34,447 bases of DNA, taken from Candidatus Pacearchaeota archaeon. GTDB taxonomy: Archaea > Nanobdellota > Nanobdellia > Pacearchaeales > GW2011-AR1. The stretch spans positions 2,643 to 37,089 of the forward strand of contig JAMCXF010000008.1 of assembly GCA_023475035.1 (NCBI GenBank). Direction: 5' to 3'. Below are positions 17,006 to 26,945 of this stretch, piece after piece. Each line of letters begins with the position of its first letter. Within the stretch, counting starts at the first letter, position 1. Below the pieces are notes generated by a model, which searched no databases, was not told where the DNA came from, and saw nothing but the letters and a program-made list of their open reading frames with translations. The position numbers and the translations under genes are program-made.

Positions 17006-17560
17006 ATGGATGCTACAAGCAGCACTTTAAATGAAATTGATGAAGCGCGGGAAAAAGAAGATTTGAAAAAACTTGAGGCAGTTTTTTTTGTTGCAGGAAG
17101 ATTTCTCAACATGCAGGAATTGATTTCTCTTACAGACATTAATCCGATAATCCTTGAAGAACTTATAGAAAAACTTGAGGAAAAATATGACGAGGATGAT
17201 TCTGCGATTGAAATTGTCGAAAAAAACAAGATGTGGAAGATGGATGTAAAACCCGCGTATCACGGAATAATCAATAAACTTGCAGGAGGGAAGTCGGAAT
17301 TTTCAAAGGCAGAACAGGAAACTCTTGCTATCATTGCTTACAAGCAACCCATCAAACAGTCTGTGATAATAAAAATAAGGGGAAACAAGGCATATGACCA
17401 TATAAAGAAATTTGAGGATTTAGAACTAATCAAGAAAAAAAGAATTGGGCATACGCATGAACTTTCTTTATCAGACGATTTTTATGACTACTTTGCATTT
17501 CAAGATACAGACAAGAAATATGCTGAAAATCCCGTTCAAATGAACCACGAAAATCTTTAA
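17006..17560 (+). CDS. scpB: SMC-Scp complex subunit ScpB
   Basis: LEAVFFVAG, SKAEQETLAIIAYKQPI, IRG, FYDYF. Confidence 0.93.
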   Translation: MDATSSTLNEIDEAREKEDLKKLEAVFFVAGRFLNMQELISLTDINPIILEELIEKLEEKYDEDDSAIEIVEKNKMWKMDVKPAYHGIINKLAGGKSEFSKAEQETLAIIAYKQPIKQSVIIKIRGNKAYDHIKKFEDLELIKKKRIGHTHELSLSDDFYDYFAFQDTDKKYAENPVQMNHENL

Positions 17561-17584
17561 AAATTATTAATCCTGCAGAGTGAA

Positions 17585-18817
17585 ATGAAGGTTCTCCCGA
17601 TTATCTACTTGATTTACATGTTTGTGTCAATTTACCTTTTATCTTTCTTCTTAATCTTATATCTTAAAAACAAAAGAACTTTATTTGATTATCCTGTTTC
17701 CAAAAAGCAATATTCTGTTTCTTTCGTAGTTCCTGCATATAATGAGGGGAAAACAATCGGCGACACTATTGAGCATATTTTTGGCATAGACTACAAAAAA
17801 ATTATTCAGGTAATTGTTGTCAATGACTGCTCGACTGATAACACCCGCGAAATTGTTGAAGAAATGCAGAAGAAATATCCCAATCTAATTTTAATCAACA
17901 ACGAGAAAAATCTGGGAAATGCAGGGCGTTCAAAGAATGAAGGACTCAAATATGCAAAAGGAGAATTAATTGCATTCGTCGACGCTGACAGTTATCCTGC
18001 AAATGATTCATTAAAAAAAATAATTGGCTTTTTTGACGATGAAAAAGTTGGCGCAGTAACTTGTCCAATTCTTGTAAGAGAGAGAGGAAGCTTTATTGAA
18101 AAACTTCAGGGAATTGAATACAAAGTTATTGCCTTCACGAGAAAACTTTTGGGGTATGTTGATGCTATTTATGTAACCCCTGGGCCTTTGGCAGTATACA
18201 GAAAAAAAGCAATTGATGAGATTCACGGATTTGACGGGGACAATATGACTGAAGATATTGAAATAACCTGGAATCTGACAGCACACGGATGGGAAAGAAG
18301 AATGTGTTTGTCAACTGAAGTTACAACTACTGCTCCTAACACTCTCAAGGCATGGTACAAACAAAGAAGAAGATGGGGGATTGGGGGAATTCAGTGCATG
18401 GCAAAATACAAAAAAGATTTTTTCAAAAAAGGAATGCTCGGAATGTTTGTCCTGCCTTTTTTTGTGATGCAGTTTTTTCTCGGACTTTTAGGGTTAGGAG
18501 TGTTTTTTTATCTGGCAATAACAAAAATAATTTCCAATTATATTCTTGTAGGTTATTCTATTCCGACAGGAGTTCCTCTTTTGACAATTGACAGCTTATT
18601 TATCACGCCAAGTTTTTTAGACTATCTTGGAATTATTTTATTTGTTGTAGGAACTATTTTTACCCTCTTCTCGTTATCAATGATGAAAAGTGCAATATTC
18701 AAGAAGCGAAGTGTTTTTGATATCTTGTTTTTTTCAATAGTCTACCTTTCAGTGTATCCTTTCATTACATTAAGTGCAGTATACAATTATTTTAAAGGAG
18801 GAAATAAGTGGAGATAA
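17585..18817 (+). CDS. GT2 processive beta-glycosyltransferase (PgaC/IcaA/cellulose synthase-like)
   Basis: VPAYNE, NDCSTD, FVDAD, TED and QRRRW motifs, with N- and C-terminal TM helices. Confidence 0.93.
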   Translation: MKVLPIIYLIYMFVSIYLLSFFLILYLKNKRTLFDYPVSKKQYSVSFVVPAYNEGKTIGDTIEHIFGIDYKKIIQVIVVNDCSTDNTREIVEEMQKKYPNLILINNEKNLGNAGRSKNEGLKYAKGELIAFVDADSYPANDSLKKIIGFFDDEKVGAVTCPILVRERGSFIEKLQGIEYKVIAFTRKLLGYVDAIYVTPGPLAVYRKKAIDEIHGFDGDNMTEDIEITWNLTAHGWERRMCLSTEVTTTAPNTLKAWYKQRRRWGIGGIQCMAKYKKDFFKKGMLGMFVLPFFVMQFFLGLLGLGVFFYLAITKIISNYILVGYSIPTGVPLLTIDSLFITPSFLDYLGIILFVVGTIFTLFSLSMMKSAIFKKRSVFDILFFSIVYLSVYPFITLSAVYNYFKGGNKWR

Positions 18818-18818
18818 T

Positions 18819-19475
18819 ATGTTAAAAAATCAGAAATATGTTTTTTTGTACGCCTTGATTTTGACTTTGGTAGTTTTCAATCTCGGAATTTTTATGGGAT
18901 ACATGATGGAGTCTTCAAGAATAGAGAAAATTAACACTCTTTATATTGAAGCAGAAATGGAACTTCTTGACCAGATTGCGCAAAAAGATGCTATGGAAAC
19001 TTTAAGCTTAAACTGCGACATTCTTGTTGAGGAAAACATAAATTTTGGAGATAAAATTTTTGAAGAAGCTTTGCAAATACAAAAATATGAAGAGGCAAAC
19101 AGGATAAATAACGACATTATTTTCCAGCATAAAAGATTTGATTTACTGAGGGCATTATTCTGGATAAACAGCATTAAAATAGGGCAGAAATGCCATCCAG
19201 ATTATCATAACTTTGTTTATTTTTACCAATATAATAATCCATCAATTGAGCAGGAATCCGAACAAAAATTCTTTTCTAATCTTCTTCGAGAATTTAAAGA
19301 GGAAAAAGGCAGCGGAATAATGCTCATACCTATTGCTGCGGATAATGATATCCCCTCAATTAATCTTTTAACAAACAAGTATAACATCACAGAACTTCCT
19401 GTCATTTTAATCGACGAGAAAATCAAGATTACTGAAATTAACAGCAGGGAAGATATAGAAAAATATCTCGATTAA
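18819..19475 (+). CDS. Membrane-anchored protein with a degenerate thioredoxin-like C-terminal domain
   Basis: N-terminal TM helix, helical region, then YFY...KYNITELPVILIDE with no CxxC; start at ATG 18819, 1 nt after the GT2 stop. Confidence 0.75.
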   Translation: MLKNQKYVFLYALILTLVVFNLGIFMGYMMESSRIEKINTLYIEAEMELLDQIAQKDAMETLSLNCDILVEENINFGDKIFEEALQIQKYEEANRINNDIIFQHKRFDLLRALFWINSIKIGQKCHPDYHNFVYFYQYNNPSIEQESEQKFFSNLLREFKEEKGSGIMLIPIAADNDIPSINLLTNKYNITELPVILIDEKIKITEINSREDIEKYLD

Positions 19476-19515
19476 TTATATAAATCCTTAAAAAGTAAAA
19501 TCTTTTCCAATTTGC

Positions 19516-20283
19516 ATGACGGAGTGTTTTAGATGTGGTGTTTCGGGGGAAAATGTGAGGCTTTATGATGCGATTTCTGACCACGGGATTGTAAAAGTTT
19601 GCAGTGACTGCGCGAATATAGAAAAAATTCCAATAATAAGAAAACCTACTGAGAATCAGATAAAAGAAGCGCAGAGACATCGCACAGTTCATGAAAGGCT
19701 TGTCGGGGCAGGACTTGGGAAAAAACTAACAACGAACAGAGAAGTGACTCTAAGAGATTTGGTAGACCAGAAATTCAAGAACAGAGGAGTTCAAACGCAC
19801 ACTGATTTGATAGAAAATTTTCACTGGAAAATTCAGCAAGTAAAGAGAACAAAAAGGATTACAAGGGACGAATTTGCAAAAGGCATCGGCGAATCAGAGG
19901 CTACAGTGAGGATGATTGAACAGGGAATTTTGCCTGCTAATGATTACAAGATTGTAAACAAGATTGAAAGCTTTTTGGGAATTACTCTTAGAAAACCAGG
20001 AACATCAGGATTTCCTGATACTTCAAGCAAATATGTTCTTGACAACTCTGCTTCTACTGAGAAAAAATTATCCTTTGATCAAGATTCTTTAAAAAATCTT
20101 AAAATTGAAGACTTGAAAGAAATGGACAAAAAAGTTGACAAAAGTCAAAGAGGATTATTTTCTTTTTTCAGGAAAAAAGAAACTCCCAAGACAGACGAAA
20201 AAATTTCTGTTAATTTAGAAGAAGAATATCCTCAGGATGACGAGCGATTTTTGGATGAGGAATTTGAAAAGGAAGGGAAATGA
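19516..20283 (+). CDS. MBF1-like protein (zinc ribbon plus Cro/C1 HTH) with a long charged tail
   Basis: CFRCG...VCSDCA, DLIENF, ITRDEFAKGIGESEATVRMIEQG, KIESFLGITL. Confidence 0.82.
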   Translation: MTECFRCGVSGENVRLYDAISDHGIVKVCSDCANIEKIPIIRKPTENQIKEAQRHRTVHERLVGAGLGKKLTTNREVTLRDLVDQKFKNRGVQTHTDLIENFHWKIQQVKRTKRITRDEFAKGIGESEATVRMIEQGILPANDYKIVNKIESFLGITLRKPGTSGFPDTSSKYVLDNSASTEKKLSFDQDSLKNLKIEDLKEMDKKVDKSQRGLFSFFRKKETPKTDEKISVNLEEEYPQDDERFLDEEFEKEGK

Positions 20284-20585
20284 CAATAGAAAAAATTGCA
20301 AATAAATACTGGAAAGAAGGACATCCTGAAGAAATTTATTCTAATACTGAAATGGATGAAATGAGAAGAAAAGAATGCTTATGCGTGAATTGCGACAGAA
20401 AAAATGACAAAATTCCTTATAGCTCCTGTCCTGTTGCTAAAAAAATTTATGACATTTGTGTTAAACATGATATGGCGATGGCGATTACAAAATGCGGTGC
20501 TACAGATGAAAAAGGGGATCTTTTATACAAACCATTTTATCCTGTTTTATTAGAAAGACAAATTGCTTCTGAACAAAATCAATAA
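20280..20585 (+). CDS. Cys-rich hypothetical protein
   Basis: CLCVNC...CPVA...C...C; ATGA overlap with the upstream gene. Confidence 0.75.
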   Translation: MTIEKIANKYWKEGHPEEIYSNTEMDEMRRKECLCVNCDRKNDKIPYSSCPVAKKIYDICVKHDMAMAITKCGATDEKGDLLYKPFYPVLLERQIASEQNQ

Positions 20586-20621
20586 GGAAACTTTTATAAA
20601 TACAAATTCTGACTTCTTATT

Positions 20622-20885
20622 ATGGAAATTAATGTTCTTAAATCTGAGAAAGACGAAATGGAATTTGAAATTGAAAGCTTGACTTTGGCTGAAATTTTCA
20701 GAGTTTATCTTAACAAGGATTCTGCTGTGACTTTTGCAGCATGGAAAAGAGAACACCCCACAAAAAAGCCAGTTATGTCTGTAAAGACAAAAGGCAAGAC
20801 TCCAAAAAAAGCAATTGATGACGCTGTTTCTGCAATAACAAAAGACTTGGATAAAGTTGAAAAAGACTTTTCTAAACTTAAATAA
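20622..20885 (+). CDS. rpoL: DNA-directed RNA polymerase subunit L (Rpo11)
   Basis: VTFAAWKREHP and KTPKKAIDDA; divergent, lacking the usual GEDHT. Confidence 0.88.
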   Translation: MEINVLKSEKDEMEFEIESLTLAEIFRVYLNKDSAVTFAAWKREHPTKKPVMSVKTKGKTPKKAIDDAVSAITKDLDKVEKDFSKLK

Positions 20886-20942
20886 AAACCTGTTTTTTCT
20901 TAACATAACAATTTTTATTAATAGAACATTTTAGTCTACTTT

Positions 20943-21683
20943 ATGGAGTATGAAAAAGTAGAGAGGATTTCTACAGGGAGTTTTGATTTGAATAAATGGC
21001 TTTACGGCGGTTATGAAAAGGGAATTGTTACGATGATTGCAGGAAGTCCTGGCAGCGGGAAAACGAACATATCAATTCTTGCCGCATGCAGTCAGGCAAA
21101 AAAAGGGAACAAAGTTATTTTCATTGACACTGAAGGCGGATTTTCCTCTGACAGAGTAAAACAGATTGTCGGGGAAAATTACAGCGATATTTTGCAAAAT
21201 ATCCTGCTGATAACTCCTGCCGATTTTTCCGAGCAAAAAAAGTTTTTTACGACGCTGAATAATCATCTTAAAAATGAGCAAATCAGTCTGGTTGTTGTTG
21301 ACAGCATGGCGATGCTTTATAGGTTAGAACTTGGAGATGCGAGGCAAGAAGGAGGCGATGATACGATAAAAGATGTAAATCGGGAAGTTGCAAGACAGAT
21401 GAAACTTCTCGCAGAAATTTCAAAAAATCAGAATATTCCTGTTATTGTTACAAATCAGGTTTACCGAGGGTATCAGTCAGAAGAAGACTGGAAAAACGGC
21501 GTTGAACGAGAAACAAATATTGTCGGCGGAGATTTGCTTCAATACTGGAGCAAATGCATAATTGAACTAAAAAATGAGAAAGGAAAAAGAAAAGCAATTT
21601 TGAAAAAACATAGAAGTCTTCCTGAAAAAGAAATGGGTTTTGAGATTAGGAACGAGGGAATATTCAAGAAAGGTTTTTTGTAA
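20943..21683 (+). CDS. radB: DNA repair protein RadB
   Basis: STGS..LN..L.GG, GSPGSGKT, FIDTEGG, VVVDS, VTNQV and the KHR basic patch. Confidence 0.96.
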   Translation: MEYEKVERISTGSFDLNKWLYGGYEKGIVTMIAGSPGSGKTNISILAACSQAKKGNKVIFIDTEGGFSSDRVKQIVGENYSDILQNILLITPADFSEQKKFFTTLNNHLKNEQISLVVVDSMAMLYRLELGDARQEGGDDTIKDVNREVARQMKLLAEISKNQNIPVIVTNQVYRGYQSEEDWKNGVERETNIVGGDLLQYWSKCIIELKNEKGKRKAILKKHRSLPEKEMGFEIRNEGIFKKGFL

Positions 21684-21872
21684 TTAATATCTGTGATAGT
21701 TTCCGCAAAATTCTCTTCTACTTTTAATTTTTGCATATTTCCTTAAATCTTCATATTTTTTGCTAATTTCTTTTGTAGCTTTAATTTCATCTTTCATTAA
21801 TCTTTCCTGAATTCCATCACTGACTTCAACTCTCTTTATTTCAAATGCTTCTGATTTTTGTTCTAAATCCAT
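21684..21872 (-). CDS. Small hypothetical protein (62 aa)
   Basis: Fills the radB-nreA gap; ATTATAAA lies 21 nt upstream of ATG 21872; its stop abuts the radB stop. Confidence 0.6.
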   Translation of the reverse strand: MDLEQKSEAFEIKRVEVSDGIQERLMKDEIKATKEISKKYEDLRKYAKIKSRREFCGNYHRY

Positions 21873-21956
21873 CAAAAAATAACAAGTTCATTGTTTATAA
21901 TTATTATCATTGAGTTGTAATACAATAATATAAAGTTTTCTTATCCCTTATTTTTA

Positions 21957-23159
21957 ATGTCAGACATAAAATTTGAGGTTATAAAAAAGATAAGTGAACT
22001 TAAATTTCGATACCGAGATTTGGGGAATATTTCTAAATTGGACAGCAATTCTCCTCCAAGTGTTTTTGTTGGAAGCAAACTGAAATATCCTCTTGTCAAT
22101 GTCGGAATTTTGAGTCCTCTGGAAAGAGAGGAAAATGCCTGGATTTACGACGATGCAAAATATTGGGCAGGAAATAATTTTCAGATTAATGATGTTCTGA
22201 AGTTGCGCGACAGCCTGATTAATTCAAAATTTCAGTCAAGCGTCCATGATTCAAGAACAAGCAAAAAGTTTATTGAACTTGCTCAGGAAATTGCAATTGC
22301 TTCAAAGCCTGTTGATGTTGAAATTGAACTGAAGAATAAACTGAATCTTGAAAACAAAAAAGACAAAGTTTTGATGCCTCATGGAATGCACGGAAATTTG
22401 AAAGAAGCAAAAATAACAAGCAATGTAAAAGTTCATCAGAAAGTTGATTATGTCATTAATGATGAGATAAAATCTTCGGAAGGGCTTGAGATTCTTTACA
22501 AAAATAATTTCAGCGAATATACTTTGAGCAAGATTCTCAGCGTCGGTGTTTTAGGGCTTAAGAAAAATAAACGACTTGTTCCGACGAGATGGAGCATTAC
22601 TGCAACTGATGACACTCTTGGAAAACTGCTTCTGAAAAAAATAAAAGATTCTCCTGTAATTGAAAATCCCGAATTATTTTACGGGGAATTTTTGGGAAAT
22701 CAATATTTGATAATGCTATTCCCTGATGTGTGGAGCTATGAACTTTTTGAACTTTATTTTCCAGGGAGTTCTTGGAATCCGTCGGATGAAATCAAGGCAT
22801 CGACAGATTATGAAAATTTTTACGGGAGAAAAGAATATGCTTTCGCAACTGCAGGCGGATATTATGCTTCGCGTCTTCCGATTATTGAATATCTTAATTC
22901 TCTAAAACGACAGGCGAGCGTTCTTGTAATCAGAATTGAAACTCCGTCGTATTGGGCAGGATTGGGGGTTTGGGTTGTGCGCGAGAGCGTCAGAAAAGCG
23001 CTTTCCAACAAAATGAAATTCTCCGACGAAAATGAGATGAAGGAAAGCGCGAAAAAGATAAGCAAAATCAAATACAATTTTGATAATTCTGAAATAATGA
23101 AAAAAAGCATTTTGCTTAATCAGAAGAAGAGTCAGAAAAAATTAGGGGAATGGTTTTAA
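21957..23159 (+). CDS. nreA: Nre family DNA repair protein (DUF650/DUF651)
   Basis: SPPSVFVG, RLVPTRWSITATDD, GGYYASRL, GVWVVRE, and C-terminal PIP box QKKLGEWF. Confidence 0.93.
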   Translation: MSDIKFEVIKKISELKFRYRDLGNISKLDSNSPPSVFVGSKLKYPLVNVGILSPLEREENAWIYDDAKYWAGNNFQINDVLKLRDSLINSKFQSSVHDSRTSKKFIELAQEIAIASKPVDVEIELKNKLNLENKKDKVLMPHGMHGNLKEAKITSNVKVHQKVDYVINDEIKSSEGLEILYKNNFSEYTLSKILSVGVLGLKKNKRLVPTRWSITATDDTLGKLLLKKIKDSPVIENPELFYGEFLGNQYLIMLFPDVWSYELFELYFPGSSWNPSDEIKASTDYENFYGRKEYAFATAGGYYASRLPIIEYLNSLKRQASVLVIRIETPSYWAGLGVWVVRESVRKALSNKMKFSDENEMKESAKKISKIKYNFDNSEIMKKSILLNQKKSQKKLGEWF

Positions 23160-23899
23160 CTTAATCTATAAACTGCTGTAACATAAGCGCTGACTTCTGT
23201 TTCCGAAGGAGTGATTCCTGCAACTGTTGTCTTTGCCTCTTCTGAAGAAGCTCCTGATTCAGCTGCATCGTAAACTCTTGTTGGATAATAATTGAAGGAA
23301 TCTAAAGAAACTGAAACTAATCTTCCTAAATTCTTATTGAAACCTTCTGCAATTGCTTCTGCCTTTACTCTTGCATCTTCTGATGCTGTTTGTATTGCTG
23401 TTGCCTTATATTGCTGTTCCAATTGCGGAGAGAGTTCAAAATTAATGTAACTTATTCCTGCTCCTGCAGTTGTTCCTGCATCAATTACACCTGTAATCTT
23501 ATCTTTTTCTGAAACAGAGAAACTGATACTTAATGAGTGACTTGCTCTGTAACCAGATGTTTTTCCTGTTGTGTAATCATAGTCAGGATAAATGTTATAA
23601 TTTACTGTTTTCAAATCCTCCTCGCTGAATCCTAATGAAACAATATAACTTCTTAATCTGCTGACAATTAATGAATTTGCATCTTCTGCCTGTTTTGATG
23701 TGCTGTTCTTTGTATCGACGCTGAAGTAAACTGAAACTAAGTCAGGAACTGCTTTTTCAACTCCCTGTCCATTTACAGAAATTGTATTCGTAGAAGAAAA
23801 ATTTGACTGATAAAAAATCATTCCTGCAATTGAGAGCACGGCAATTGTTGCTACAATTATCAGCGTTATTTTTATTGAGTTATGCATCTCTTTTGGCAT
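23156..23899 (-). CDS. SIMPL domain (DUF541) protein, membrane-anchored
   Basis: N-terminal TM helix, TISVNGQG....PD, YNIYPDYDY, AG...IS.INF, DAR.KAEAIA. Confidence 0.92.
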   Translation of the reverse strand: MPKEMHNSIKITLIIVATIAVLSIAGMIFYQSNFSSTNTISVNGQGVEKAVPDLVSVYFSVDTKNSTSKQAEDANSLIVSRLRSYIVSLGFSEEDLKTVNYNIYPDYDYTTGKTSGYRASHSLSISFSVSEKDKITGVIDAGTTAGAGISYINFELSPQLEQQYKATAIQTASEDARVKAEAIAEGFNKNLGRLVSVSLDSFNYYPTRVYDAAESGASSEEAKTTVAGITPSETEVSAYVTAVYRLS

Positions 23900-23930
23900 G
23901 ATTTATATAATGAATTACAGTTTTTAAATA

Positions 23931-24203
23931 TTAGTCTTGATTTGAATTTTTCATGTATGGCTCGCAAATTTTCCATGCAAGGTCGATTTCTTTTTTTGCG
24001 CTATACAAATTATTTGCAGTCTTATACAACTGTAATGCTAATTTTATCTTTCCTTTTTTAAAATCTTCATCGGCTTGTTTTGCTATATTACTCGCCATTT
24101 TTCCTATAAACTCAGCAGTTTTATCATAAGACATATTTCCAACTTCTTTTGCCAAGTCTTCAAGAGTGCCGTTATAACCTTCAATTTTATCCGGATGATT
24201 CAT
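23931..24203 (-). CDS. Hypothetical protein
   Basis: 90-aa helical ORF with SD AAGGAG inside the topA 3' end. Confidence 0.75.
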   Translation of the reverse strand: MNHPDKIEGYNGTLEDLAKEVGNMSYDKTAEFIGKMASNIAKQADEDFKKGKIKLALQLYKTANNLYSAKKEIDLAWKICEPYMKNSNQD

Positions 24204-26532
24204 TTTGTTCTCCTTGTTTCCTTAAAATATACTCTTCCAGACGCTTTTTATTTGTTTCGCATTCATTGTTAAAGCAAAATATCCAGGGGCGTTTGCCTTT
24301 TGACAGTCTCATCAGCATCGGGAAACCGCATGATTCACAAATTTTTCCTGTTTTTTTTATGACTCCGTTTGGCGGAAGAGAATATGTTTTTTTGCAGTCA
24401 GGATATTTATCACAAGCGACAAAACTTCTTCTTGTTTTTCGTGAATACATTATTGACAGCATTCCTTTTCCACATTGAGGGCAAACATTTAATTTATTTT
24501 CTTCTTTCTGTTTTTCCCACAATTTAGTTTCTGCTGTAATAAGCTCTTTTCCAATTTCCATTTTATTTTTTTCAAAATCGCCTGAAATATCTCTGATTGT
24601 TTTTTTTGCTTCTTCAATTATTACATTTTCTTTTTCGATGAAATCTTTTTTTGACTCTACAATTGAGTCCATTTCTTTTTCAAATTTTCTTGTAAGCTCC
24701 TCGTCGATTATTACCGGGGAATATTTTTCCAGTGTTTCAATCAGTGAAATTCCGAGAGGTGTTGCCTCAATGCTTTTTTCTTTTACATAACCTCTGTCAT
24801 AAAGTGTTTCCAAAATTGCAGCTCTGGTTGCTTTTGTTCCAAGATTTCTTTTTTCAAGTTCCGAAACAATCGACGCTGGTGAATATCTTTTTGGCGGCTG
24901 AGTTTCTTTTTCTTCCATTCTTGAATCTGTTATTTTAACTTCTCCATTCATATCAGGAAGTTCTGTTTCCTTAATTTTGTAAGGATAAATTTCAAGCCAT
25001 GCTTTTTTTCTTACTTCGCTTCCTTTTGCATCAAATGTAAGAGAATCCACCTTGGCAACAATTTTCTTATTATCAACTATCGCATCTTCGCAGAATAATG
25101 ACAAAAACCTTTTGACAATAAGATGATAAATTTTTTCTTCTTCTCCATTTAATGTGCCTGATTCTCCTGTCGGATAAATTGAAGGATGTGCAGGGTCTGA
25201 CTTGCTTCCTTCAACAGGCTTGCTTCTTGTAATTAATTTTTCTGCCCCGAACTGTTTTGCAAGTTTTTTCAAAATGTCCTGATATCCGATTGAGTCAGGA
25301 AGTTTTTGCGATGATGTTCTTGGGTAGGAAATTAATCCTGCAAGATAAAGCGATTGCGCAATCTGCAATGTTCTTGTTGGTGTTATCCCAAACAATCTGT
25401 ATGCTTCCATCTGAAGAGAAGTTAAATTGAATGGAGGGTTTGGGGGAAGATATTCTTCTTTTTTACTTGTTGAAGCAATTGCTGTCTTGCCTATTAAATT
25501 TTCAAATTTTTCCAATTCTTTTTTTTCAAAAATATCTTTTATGTATTTTAATTCAATTTTATTTTTACTATCGGTAACTGTTATAAAAATCTGCCAATAT
25601 TTTTCAGACTTGAATTCCTGAATTTTTCTTTCTTTTTGCACAATAAGATTCAATGCAGGACCCTGAACTCTTCCGATTGACATTATTTTGAATCTGCCTG
25701 TTTCCTTTATTGCATTCATCAATGCTCTTGACAGATTAATTCCGTAATACCAATCGAGATAGTGCCTTGTTTCTCCTGCGATTGCCTGCCCCCAATTTAT
25801 GCTCGGAGATTTTGTTTCATAAGCAGAATTTAATTCTGGTTTTGTCAGCGTCGAGAATTTCATTCTGTTCGCGTCTTTCTGATTAGCAATGAATCTCATT
25901 ACATTCAAACCGATTACTTCTCCTTCTATATCATAGTCTGTAGCAATTGTAATGCTCCCTGCATTTTTTACGAGACTGAGCAGTGTGTCCTGATATTTTT
26001 TTGTGAAATCTGCTTTCTTGACTAAATAATTTGGAACCCACTTAATGTCAAAAACAGGATAACCAGAACCTTTTTGCATTTGTGTTAAAGTAAATAAATG
26101 TCCTACAGCACAGGCAACGACAATTTTTTTCCCGTTTCGGTTAACTTCATAATATGGAACTCCGTGAAGATTTTCTTTTCTAGATTTGCCTAAGGCATCA
26201 GAAATTTTCAAAGCTGCCTGCGGTTTTTCTGTTATGACCAATTCATATCCTTCTTTTTTCAAATTAATTTTCGGAGGTTCAAAATTAACAGAGCTTTTGT
26301 TTGCTCCAACTTTTCCGACTTTTTTGGAATTTTTTTTATAAGGTGTTTTTTTAACGGATTTCTTTTTTTTAGAAATATTTTTTCTTGGAGTTTTAATCTT
26401 GGAATTTGTCAGTTCAACATTCAGAGGTTGTTTGTAAACTTTTTCAACTGCATATTTCACGTCTCTCTCATCCACTGGAAAATAATTTTCTGCTAACTTT
26501 TGTTCTTTTGATTTTTCAGGCTTTTTCCTCAT
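24187..26532 (-). CDS. topA: Type IA DNA topoisomerase with a Lys-rich N-terminal extension
   Basis: LVITEKP, AVGHL, ATDYDIEGE, SIGRVQ, catalytic ISYPRT, AHPSIYPT, LGTKATR, and C-terminal zinc ribbons. Confidence 0.98.
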   Translation of the reverse strand: MRKKPEKSKEQKLAENYFPVDERDVKYAVEKVYKQPLNVELTNSKIKTPRKNISKKKKSVKKTPYKKNSKKVGKVGANKSSVNFEPPKINLKKEGYELVITEKPQAALKISDALGKSRKENLHGVPYYEVNRNGKKIVVACAVGHLFTLTQMQKGSGYPVFDIKWVPNYLVKKADFTKKYQDTLLSLVKNAGSITIATDYDIEGEVIGLNVMRFIANQKDANRMKFSTLTKPELNSAYETKSPSINWGQAIAGETRHYLDWYYGINLSRALMNAIKETGRFKIMSIGRVQGPALNLIVQKERKIQEFKSEKYWQIFITVTDSKNKIELKYIKDIFEKKELEKFENLIGKTAIASTSKKEEYLPPNPPFNLTSLQMEAYRLFGITPTRTLQIAQSLYLAGLISYPRTSSQKLPDSIGYQDILKKLAKQFGAEKLITRSKPVEGSKSDPAHPSIYPTGESGTLNGEEEKIYHLIVKRFLSLFCEDAIVDNKKIVAKVDSLTFDAKGSEVRKKAWLEIYPYKIKETELPDMNGEVKITDSRMEEKETQPPKRYSPASIVSELEKRNLGTKATRAAILETLYDRGYVKEKSIEATPLGISLIETLEKYSPVIIDEELTRKFEKEMDSIVESKKDFIEKENVIIEEAKKTIRDISGDFEKNKMEIGKELITAETKLWEKQKEENKLNVCPQCGKGMLSIMYSRKTRRSFVACDKYPDCKKTYSLPPNGVIKKTGKICESCGFPMLMRLSKGKRPWIFCFNNECETNKKRLEEYILRKQGEQNESSG

Positions 26533-26615
26533 TGTGTAGCATATATCGTTGACTTTTTAAGGTTTTTACTAGTATAATAATTTTTATAAATTTACAATTA
26601 GTTTGTTACCTGATT

Positions 26616-26909
26616 ATGGGGCTTGAAGAAGACTATCAAAAGCTTGTTGACGAGCAAAATTCTGTTAAAGAGGCGCTAAAAAAAGAACTCCCAGAAATAA
26701 GAAGAACCATTAACTGGATTATTGAAAATGAAGTTCATAATAGACTTTACATAGAAAAAACTCTTGACAAACTTTTAAAGATAATCGTGTTTGGGGCAGG
26801 AAATTTTGAATATTATAAACTGAACAATTTTTATTTTACGGTTTTTCCCCAAAGCTCAAAGAAATACAAGGAACTATATGAGAAAGTTTCCGGGAAAAAG
26901 TATCAATAA
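26616..26909 (+). CDS. Hypothetical protein
   Basis: 97-aa helical ORF with TTTATAAA 25 nt upstream. Confidence 0.7.
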   Translation: MGLEEDYQKLVDEQNSVKEALKKELPEIRRTINWIIENEVHNRLYIEKTLDKLLKIIVFGAGNFEYYKLNNFYFTVFPQSSKKYKELYEKVSGKKYQ

Positions 26910-26945
26910 TAAAAAATTTATAAAGTAATCATTTATCATCAAATT

